This document shows, one piece after another, positions 29,996 to 38,002 of a DNA stretch of 38,002 bases (its first letter is position 1; each line of letters begins with the position of its first letter). Position numbers and translations under genes: made by a program. A model generated the notes under the pieces. That model searched no databases, had not been told where the DNA came from, and saw nothing but the letters and a program-made list of their open reading frames with translations. This stretch comes from Corallochytrium limacisporum Hawaii (taxonomy: Eukaryota > Protista > Pluriformea): positions 1-38,002 of the forward strand of contig PDIP01000095.1 in assembly GCA_002811645.1 (NCBI GenBank). The letters are read 5' to 3'.

Positions 29996-31234
29996 ATGAG
30001 ATCCGTACTTTCAGTAGCCGTAGCTACGAGGGCCACCCGTTCTCTGCGGATGCGGATAGCCACTAGCCAGCATTTTGGAGCAGCGTACACACCGTTCAGC
30101 ACAACCACCACCAAACGGTGGCAAGAGCGCGTGAAAAAGGAGCCGGTCCGGCGGCCGGTGACTTTGTTCTACTCCGACTACGCAGAGGTACCCATGCCAG
30201 AGGGCCACCGGTTCCCAATGCATAAATACCGCATGGTGCGAGAGACCCTGCAGAAAGAGACAGAGCAGTGGGTGGCGAAGAAGCAGACAGAGGCCGAGAG
30301 CACAGCCGCTGGGGGCGACGATTCAGAGGCTCATGGATACACTTCATTTGATGATGTGCACAAGGAGGATCAGTGGCGAACCATTTCAGAGTTCAAGGAG
30401 GCACCGTACGCAACCGAAGCGGACCTGCTCCTCGCCCACAGTCCAGACTATGTTCGTCGCGTGCTGGCGAATGATCTGACAAAAGCCGAGCGGCGCCGAA
30501 TAGGTATCCCATCTGACAGTCCTGAGGCTATCGCTCGCGCCCTGGCATCGACTGGTGGCACGGTTGCGGCCCTGCATGCCGCTATGCGCTCCCCGATCGG
30601 CCTCAGTGCTCAGGTGGCCGGCGGTACGCACCATGCTGGGCCGGATTTTGGAGCCGGTTTCTGTGTCTTCAACGATTTGGCTGTGGCAGCCCGGGTCGCA
30701 CTCAGGGATTATCCGAACATAACCAAAGTGCTTGTGCTTGATCTCGACGTTCACCAGGGCGACGGCACCGCACAGATCCTAGGAGCGGGTCTGGGAGAAG
30801 AAGAGGACAAGCGCATTTGCACGTTTAGCATGCACGGACGGACAAATTTCCCTTTGCGCAAGAGCGAAAAGGGCACCTTCGACGTCGAACTTGATGACGA
30901 CATGGAGGACACAGAGTATCTGTCCTACCTTGCGGAATGGATTCCTTTGCTCTTCCAAATGTTCCAACCGCAGTTGGTATTCTATCAAGCTGGCGTTGAT
31001 CCCCTGAAGGAGGACTCATTGGGCAAGTTGAGTCTGACACGAGATGGTCTGAAGCGTCGGAATGCCATGGTCTACTCTGCGTGCCACCAACAAGGGGCAC
31101 GCCTGGTAGTGACCATGGGCGGGGGCTATACGAAACCGATCGACACAACGGTAGAGTGCCACGCCGACGTGTACCGACAGCTGCTTCAACATGCTGCGAA
31201 AGATAGATTGACTGGACTGGTGTTCTCACTGTGA
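29996..31234 (+). CDS. Zn-dependent deacetylase (HDAC class IV / bacterial-like), presequence-like N-terminus
   Basis: HRFPMHKY, GGTHHA, GFCVFND, DLDVHQGDG, YQAGVD, MGGGY all intact. Confidence 0.93.
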   Translation: MRSVLSVAVATRATRSLRMRIATSQHFGAAYTPFSTTTTKRWQERVKKEPVRRPVTLFYSDYAEVPMPEGHRFPMHKYRMVRETLQKETEQWVAKKQTEAESTAAGGDDSEAHGYTSFDDVHKEDQWRTISEFKEAPYATEADLLLAHSPDYVRRVLANDLTKAERRRIGIPSDSPEAIARALASTGGTVAALHAAMRSPIGLSAQVAGGTHHAGPDFGAGFCVFNDLAVAARVALRDYPNITKVLVLDLDVHQGDGTAQILGAGLGEEEDKRICTFSMHGRTNFPLRKSEKGTFDVELDDDMEDTEYLSYLAEWIPLLFQMFQPQLVFYQAGVDPLKEDSLGKLSLTRDGLKRRNAMVYSACHQQGARLVVTMGGGYTKPIDTTVECHADVYRQLLQHAAKDRLTGLVFSL

Positions 31235-31398
31235 GAAATAGATCTGTGTACAATAGGAATTAAGACAGCGTTGTCCATGACTATTGAAACTCTATTAACA
31301 CTATGTATCTACAGGCCGATGCCAGAGCACACAGATTGGGAACATCCATGCTATTAGTACAGAAAGACTTATTGTCCTGATTCCATAGTACTCTCTTT

Positions 31399-34300
31399 TC
31401 ACTTCTTGGGAGCAGGCTTGACCGAAACCTCGTCTTTCCATTGAATGCCGCTGTCCCACAGACGGTCCAGGATAGGTTCGTACCAGACATCCCGCAGGGG
31501 GCGCACAACTCCAACAATACCATCGTCCCCGTGGTCTTTCGGTTTAACCTTGCCCTCTAAAATAAGCGTCACTGCCATGGCAGCAGGCAGCCCTACAGTA
31601 GTGGCCATGGCCGTCTCTCCGCTGGGATCGCCGTTCATGACCAGATTGCATTTGTGGTGCTGCTCGAGGCCTTGCTTCGCCAGCTCCGGATCGCTGTGCA
31701 CCACTTCGTGGGTCATCAGCACGGCGTCACGTTCCGACGGCCGGTAAGCCATGCGACTCTCGAACAGGACAGACAGGGCGTCCAAAGGACTCAGACGGGC
31801 CGGACCGGACGTCGGCACATGCGCTGATCCCACCACATGAGTAGAACTGCCTTTCAACCCGTCGAGAAGACCAATCCATTCGATAGCCTGCATGCAGCGG
31901 TCGATCTCGGACGCATTACCTTGAAGAGTGTTATCCAGTAGCTTGCCAATGGCATCTCTTAGCTTCGTCTCTGACACGTCCTCGTGTGATTTAGCACCGA
32001 GCATGCACCACCCTGTTAGATCTGACCAGGTGTTGATCCATTCAGGTACACTACCTGCCTGGTTCTGGTCCTTGAGCAGTGCCATACCCTGAATGCAGCG
32101 CAGCAGATTTGAGAATCCGGCGTATCGCAGAGTGCCACGGAACATGGTGCGTGGCGGGTTCTTGTCCAAGCCGTAGAGAGGTTCGTACTGCAGTGCGTCG
32201 CGGTTCGGCAGACCTTCCAATGCATATCCAGGGTAAAGATTGGTGGACATCGCGTGGCCGAATAGTGCCCCACCAGCCTCAACTTCCTTCAACTGTCCTT
32301 CCCAGCGGTACTTCGCGGGATTTAAACCTGCCGTTAGTACGCCGCGGGGGCTCCAACTGAACTTGTAGCCGAGCGGATTGTCACTGGCCTCTGGGGCAGG
32401 CAGACCACCACACCAACTGATGTACGATGTCACGGAACCACCCTTTTCCGTGATGCCATCGATGAGTTGCATACTAAGAAGATGGTCAATGCCAGGATCG
32501 AGACCGATCTCGTTGACTATTGTAATACCTTTCTCCCTGGCTTCCTTGTCGAGAGCAGCCATCTCCGGCGACACATAAGAGGCGGTGACCATGGGCTTAC
32601 CATGCTTGATACACGCCTTGGCCACTAAGGGATGCAGTGGTGCGGGCAGTAAGCTCACCGCAATGTCGTGGCTGGCCACAGCATGTGCCAATCCGTTCGC
32701 ATCCCGTGCGGCATCGAGGAATGAAGCCTTACACTTTTCCGGGTTGACTCTCTTCACCAGGGCCTCTGCCTCCTGCATATCAGCCGCAGCGACCGTAATA
32801 TCATAGGACAGGCCACCAGCGCCATGAGTTTTGGTGAAGCGCTCATCAACCAGATACTGTAGCATGGGGCCCACAACCCTGCCCGAACCGAGCACCAGTA
32901 CCTTCTTTCGACTCGAGGCCAAGCTGCGTTCTCGATCCTTGCGCAGGTCTGTGATGTACTTGTATCGTGGGGTCAGATTGCCTTTCGTTGTCATGATAGC
33001 GTTACCAATCTCGCCATTGAGCTCCACAACATCTCCCTTACGACCCTTGTTGGTTACGTCCTGAGACAAGGTGCCGGTGGCAGTCAAGACGCTCTTCTTC
33101 GTTCCCTCAGCGGTCACCTGCTTAAAACTGAACCCATGAGCGGGATCCAGTTCGGCCACATCTTCAATGAGCGGGCTTAACATGTCACCGAAATGCTTGG
33201 AAGCATCCACTGGCAGCTGTGCTGGAAGATTGTCAATGGCAACAATAGGAATACCTGGGGCCTCAATGTCACACAGGGCACTCTCTCGCTGGGTCACTGG
33301 ATCGTAAACGTAGAAGGGCAGATCAATGGTCGTAGTCTTCGTCATGAACTCAATACTGCCACCCGGATCTGCACTGATGTCCGCAATGCCCAGCAGCCGA
33401 CGGCGATCCTCCTGCCAAATCTTTTTCATTTGGTCCTTGGTGATCAAGCGCGGGTACCGTTCGTCCCAGTACAAGCAGTTGACGATCGCACTCGCGTACG
33501 GCGCAATGGTGCGATGAAAGTCACTCTTATACTTCTGTGGGTTCTCAAAGTAATCTGCAGTCGACTTCAGTGGCTCCTTCTTCTTCCGATCGATGACATA
33601 GTCCTTGCTGCTGACCTTGACACCGTAGACGGTCTTGTTGTCCCATCCACCTTCCTCCATCAGGGTTTCCATTTGTGATGGCCGTAGATACTGATGGGGC
33701 AGTTCCTCGAAAATTTCCTGGGCGCCCTTACTCACACTTCCCGATGCTCCTGTGAAAACAAGGATAAGCGGGCCGAAACGCTCCGGAACACCCTGGGTCT
33801 GAATGGCCTTGCCGAGGCCTCGGATTGCCTGCTGAGCAGCCTTGAGATCCTGAAAACCGTGAGCTGGTGGTACGTTCATGAGGGGACTGCGGTATCCTTG
33901 GCTGAGCAGCCGCAGACCCAGCATGTGCAGCAAATCAATCATACCTGCCATACCTGCAAACTTGCCGAACTTCACAGATCTGTCCCCTGTCTTCTGGTCC
34001 ACGAGCATCTCGTAGTCTATCAAATTGATCCTCAGCCGCAGAAGTTCATCCAACAGTTCCATATTATACGGCTGTGCTTTCACTGTGTGGCTGAAGAACA
34101 TGTAGGTACGTTCTGGGAGAAGATCATTGATGTCGACTTCCTTCACACCAAGGATCACCGAGGCTGGGCTCAGGTCTTCTGTGATCCTGGCGCCCACTTC
34201 ACGGTAGGAGTCATCGGAAGCACATCGCAGTGAACTCGGCTGCACCAGGATCTCTTTCACTGCACCCTTCTTCAGGAGCTTCTTGACATGCTGAGGCAGC

Positions 34301-34455
34301 AAAGGGACTCGCTGCTCCCATTTGCCCTTGTTCTCGCGCCTGATGCCAATGACACGCGCCTGCGGCTGGGAATTTGGCACCCTACTCGCAAAGCTCCTCC
34401 ACAGCAGCTGATTGAATGGCGCATGTGCCGCCGTTGGTGGCCTACGCGTCAACAT
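31399..34455 (-). CDS. AASS: Bifunctional lysine-ketoglutarate reductase / saccharopine dehydrogenase, mitochondrial
   Basis: IRRE..WEQRVPL, FFSHTVKAQPYN, DISADPGGSIEF, IDNLPAQLP, VLGSG, EIGLDPGIDH, CGGLPAPE, YKFSWSP, MATTVG. Confidence 0.97.
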   Translation of the reverse strand: MLTRRPPTAAHAPFNQLLWRSFASRVPNSQPQARVIGIRRENKGKWEQRVPLLPQHVKKLLKKGAVKEILVQPSSLRCASDDSYREVGARITEDLSPASVILGVKEVDINDLLPERTYMFFSHTVKAQPYNMELLDELLRLRINLIDYEMLVDQKTGDRSVKFGKFAGMAGMIDLLHMLGLRLLSQGYRSPLMNVPPAHGFQDLKAAQQAIRGLGKAIQTQGVPERFGPLILVFTGASGSVSKGAQEIFEELPHQYLRPSQMETLMEEGGWDNKTVYGVKVSSKDYVIDRKKKEPLKSTADYFENPQKYKSDFHRTIAPYASAIVNCLYWDERYPRLITKDQMKKIWQEDRRRLLGIADISADPGGSIEFMTKTTTIDLPFYVYDPVTQRESALCDIEAPGIPIVAIDNLPAQLPVDASKHFGDMLSPLIEDVAELDPAHGFSFKQVTAEGTKKSVLTATGTLSQDVTNKGRKGDVVELNGEIGNAIMTTKGNLTPRYKYITDLRKDRERSLASSRKKVLVLGSGRVVGPMLQYLVDERFTKTHGAGGLSYDITVAAADMQEAEALVKRVNPEKCKASFLDAARDANGLAHAVASHDIAVSLLPAPLHPLVAKACIKHGKPMVTASYVSPEMAALDKEAREKGITIVNEIGLDPGIDHLLSMQLIDGITEKGGSVTSYISWCGGLPAPEASDNPLGYKFSWSPRGVLTAGLNPAKYRWEGQLKEVEAGGALFGHAMSTNLYPGYALEGLPNRDALQYEPLYGLDKNPPRTMFRGTLRYAGFSNLLRCIQGMALLKDQNQAGSVPEWINTWSDLTGWCMLGAKSHEDVSETKLRDAIGKLLDNTLQGNASEIDRCMQAIEWIGLLDGLKGSSTHVVGSAHVPTSGPARLSPLDALSVLFESRMAYRPSERDAVLMTHEVVHSDPELAKQGLEQHHKCNLVMNGDPSGETAMATTVGLPAAMAVTLILEGKVKPKDHGDDGIVGVVRPLRDVWYEPILDRLWDSGIQWKDEVSVKPAPKK

Positions 34456-35217
34456 CGTGCGCCTGTATGGTCTGCTGCAGGAATTCTACTATCTACAGTA
34501 CCACACCTCTCAGCCTACATGCCATACAAACCCCTGCGTCAGCCATATCATGGTCTCTACTGACTCCCATCGGGGACCGATCGGACCACGTGAAGATATG
34601 CCCTGTGAAATATACCTGCCACGGTGATCACTATGCACACGCGCACCGTACGCACTCTGTACGCACTTCCGTACACCCCTAATCCAGACGAAGACTCTGC
34701 ACTACCAACGTGCACCGTGTGTTATGGTTTTTTCCTCCTCCTTCGTCATCGGGGCACAACAGCGTACAATCGCGTCATCAGCGCTACCAATCTTCCTGCA
34801 CCCGGACCGAGATACTCGGGCATAGCGGCACAACCCCCACCACCTCACTCAAGAAAATACTGGCTTGCCCAGTATTACACACAGTGCGAGCGGCGTTGAA
34901 GGGGGGGCGGAGCGGTGAGTCCTAACTCAAAAGGGGAGGGGGGGGACCTGTTCTCTTCGGGCAGGAGACTATTTTCAAACCTCTCTCCGTCGCGCCCCTT
35001 GGCCCTGAGGAAAAACACCCGGACGAGAACTAAGAAAATACTTTCGCACAGTTTTGTGTGCAGAACCTTTTGGTGTGTGGCTATCACGGTCGGTCGGTCG
35101 CAGTTTTAATATTGTTTCAATTCCTTTTTGGGGTTCCGCGGGGGTGGGGGAGGGGAGGGTTTACACTCTGTGTACTAGCGCATGCATCGCTTTTGCTTTC
35201 GTAACTCTGCTCGCTAG

Positions 35218-35220
<3 letters not shown>

Positions 35221-35256
<36 letters not shown>

Positions 35257-35293
35257 CTTTCTTACTTCTCTCACCTCACACACACACACACAC
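35221..35293. repeat. (TC)16 and (CA)8 microsatellites
   Basis: Seen directly. Confidence 0.9.
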
Positions 35294-36821
35294 AGCCTCG
35301 GCGGGCACGGAGACTGCTACCGGCCGTCCGAACGCGCGAACGGTTGGTGGTAGAAATCAATAACAAAAAAGGTGGGCAGAAACGAGAAAGAGCGGGACAA
35401 AAGAGTCGCAGGCAGCAGAGAAGGGCGAAGGTCAAGAACCCCCCCCCCCATTCCCGCCTCCCTGCGTGGGGATCCCATTATTCCCGGGCGGGGTGTGGGG
35501 GCACCCGGAAATCAGTGGCAGTTGCTGCGCTGAACAACAGAGATGGGCATGGTGCCTGCAGGTGTGCATGCATGGCGGATGGTCTTTTTCTGGATTCAAT
35601 GGAGGTCCTCTGTATGGCGGGGTGGCGAAGGGCTCCTGCCAGTGCCATGCTGGAGAAGATCTGCAGACTGGCTTTTCCACACCCCAGGTGTTTCTGACCC
35701 AGGGACTGAAAGTCGAGAAAACCAGAGCCGTGGACAGATCGTTTCCCCTTGGCATGGTTTGATCAATTCCACATGAGCATCAGAGCCGGTCCAAGAATGC
35801 ATATGGAGGATCCGTGTACGACGACAACAACGAAGGTGCTGGACTATGCTTGTCAAGCCGTGCTGGCCAATTCGCGTTGCACGGCCGGCGAATACTTCCC
35901 CTCGCCCCTGAGCACCGTTTAAAGAGAAACCCGCTCAGCGCATGATTGTTCTCTCCACCGATCATACATCTATTCCAAAACACACTAAACAATCACCCAC
36001 ATCCCCCACACCCACCGGGGGCGCTCCCGTGGCTGTTCTCTCTGCGTGTGCTGTTTGTATTTTTCGTTGATCGTGTGCGAACCTTGTCATCACACCGCCC
36101 CTGCTAAAAAAAGTCGTTTCGGGTGTCTAATGTGCAATGTGTGAATATAACGACCTGCTTGCGCCCAATGCGGCAGGTGTTAGCAAACTGAGAGTGGGCC
36201 ATGAATTGTCGTGCCAGCTGGGAGCTCCAAGATGATCTGATTTCCCACTTGCTATGGCCGTCGGGACATGGTGTTGACATGGTCCTAAATCCCTCATTGC
36301 CGTAGAAGGCAGGTCTTGGGCATGCTGGAATCAGTTTCGCGTGTTATCTCGCTTGACCCAACGGTACCCACTACACGCCGCGTCCGACTTTCTGATTACG
36401 TGCTGGGCAGATGAGCGCAGTCCCAGCAACAAACATGTACGGATATACACGAACATGCGCTCTAGTTGTATGAATGCATGTGCACTTTGAGGTTATGAAT
36501 TCCCTCAATCATACGCAGCGGGCTGCCCACACCACGGGACCATGTTCTGCTCGTCACACCCTTCCCTTTCGAACCCATTCATTGTGGTTTCTTTGGCAGG
36601 AAGGCCCGTGCAGAGAATCATAGCCCAGAGAGAGATTGAGAGGGGGCGAGCGAGAGTCCTTCACCTGTGACTCAACCAAGACTCGACCACGCGTCTGGTA
36701 CAGTCGGCATACAGACGGCTTCGCGTCTTCATTCGAAGCGAGAGAGATAGAGAGAATACAGGCAAACGGTAAAAAGCAATGAGAAGGAGTGAACGGTTGT
36801 ACCATAACATCGCATGGGGGT

Positions 36822-36914
36822 TCTCTCTCTCTCTCTCTCTCTCGCTCTCTCGCTCTCTCTCTCTCTCTCGCTCTCTCGGTCTCTCTCTCTCTCTCTCGCT
36901 CTCTCTCTCTCTCT
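36822..36914. repeat. Imperfect (CT)n microsatellite
   Basis: Seen directly. Confidence 0.9.
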
Positions 36915-37310
36915 TTCGTGCTCTGCCCCCTCCCGCATCCGGCTCTCCCTCACCCCTTCTCTCTCCCACTCTCTCCCACTCTCCCTCTCTCTCGTCGACC
37001 TCCACACAACATCCTTCCGGTAGTGATGGTGTTTCATGAGTTAACACTTGCTACCCGCAACACCGGGAAGAGCGCGGTCAATCCCCGTCCTCCCCCCCTC
37101 CCCCCAAACTCTCCCGGTTGAGCGGATGGGCCTCGAAACACTGGGGCAGTAAGAAGGGATAGGGTATTGGTGGGGTTTCGACACATAATCTCTCTTCCCC
37201 ACGCCCCCCCCTCCCTTTTTTTTTTTCTCTTTCCTCAGTAACAGCTACAGTAGTACCACTGTCCAAGGGACCTTGTGTTGCGCACCCTCCGCCCACAAAC
37301 ACCTACCTCC

Positions 37311-37315
37311 CTCTA

Positions 37316-37395
<80 letters not shown>

Positions 37396-37415
37396 TCTGT
37401 CTCTCCCTCTCTCTG
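37311..37415. repeat. (CT)n microsatellite
   Basis: Seen directly. Confidence 0.9.
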
Positions 37416-37885
37416 TGTCTGTGGGTGTAAATATGTAATCTCATCGCGTACCACAGGCGGAACTATGTAACCTAATCCTTGGTTGGTGATATTACCTATT
37501 CGCACCTGGAAACGGAGAACGCACTTATCGCTTCGCAGTTTCCTACGCAAAATGCCAACCAACCAACCAAACCCCTCCCCAGCCCAAGTTTTGCAGTTTA
37601 TCTACTACTGGCAAGTACGCGTCTCGAGACAGAATAAAGCAAAATGAGTTGATATCAGATACACAAGTGAATACATCTAAAGCATAGTGAACACAGGGCA
37701 CCGAACAAAATGTAGTGAACACACACACATGCGCAGACGATGATTAAAGCAGAACCAAAAATAACTTGGTCGCCTTCCGTATTCCTCTGTGTCGTCGTAT
37801 ACTCAAACAATGAAGTCCTTAGAAAACGGGTTACCAAAAGACGACGAAAGAATAGATTAACTCTGGCTGCTCATTCTCTTTGCTT

Positions 37886-37886
<1 letters not shown>

Positions 37887-37938
<52 letters not shown>
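37887..37938. repeat. (CT)n microsatellite ending in CAG (possible 3' splice acceptor at 37940)
   Basis: Long pyrimidine tract followed by CAG; TTAAC at 37857-37861; ATG at 37999. Confidence 0.8.
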
Positions 37939-37941
<3 letters not shown>

Positions 37942-38002
37942 TCCACCATCTCTGGGCGGCAGTCGCTCGATCGTCCATTAAGCTCGCGCCCATCTTCCAT
38001 GG

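Noticed and set aside
33010-33075. Ribosomal bL9 N-terminal-like motif in AASS (QDVTNKGRKGDVVEL)
   Set aside because: Lacks GYARNFL; better explained by the local duplication
36661-37562. ORFs with ERER/LSLS repeats
   Set aside because: Translations of CT microsatellites
1-38002. tRNA, rRNA, CRISPR, transposase or reverse transcriptase genes; the many short antisense/nested ORFs
   Set aside because: No diagnostic motifs seen; the short ORFs are shadows of real CDSs

Overview
Left end of a eukaryotic chromosome: it begins in (CCCTAA)n telomeric repeats. It carries about 15 tightly packed, apparently single-exon genes: a cytochrome P450, a CIN85/CD2AP-like triple-SH3 adaptor, SAP18, a CSKMT-like methyltransferase, a DsbA-like thioredoxin, a frameshifted L-lactate permease, SDR39U1, a DJ-1-family protein, a La-motif+PPR protein, RRP36, an RNase D-like protein, DCAF8, an OGFOD3-like protein, an HDAC-family deacylase and AASS. 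A 3.5-kb CT-microsatellite-rich non-coding stretch ends the window. Gene content and lack of introns suggest an intron-poor unicellular holozoan (inference). Most notable: (i) a presumably mitochondrial La-motif/13xPPR fusion, with a catalytically dead bacterial-type RNase D two genes away; (ii) two apparently related ~500-600 nt highly self-complementary intergenic elements, one carrying a telomere-template-like CCCTAACCCTAAC next to a hairpin (telomerase-RNA candidate); (iii) relics resembling flagellar genes (an axonemal dynein heavy chain fragment and a stop-interrupted coiled-coil); (iv) three intact pseudo-enzymes. All family calls come from motif recognition by eye; no searches or folding were run.
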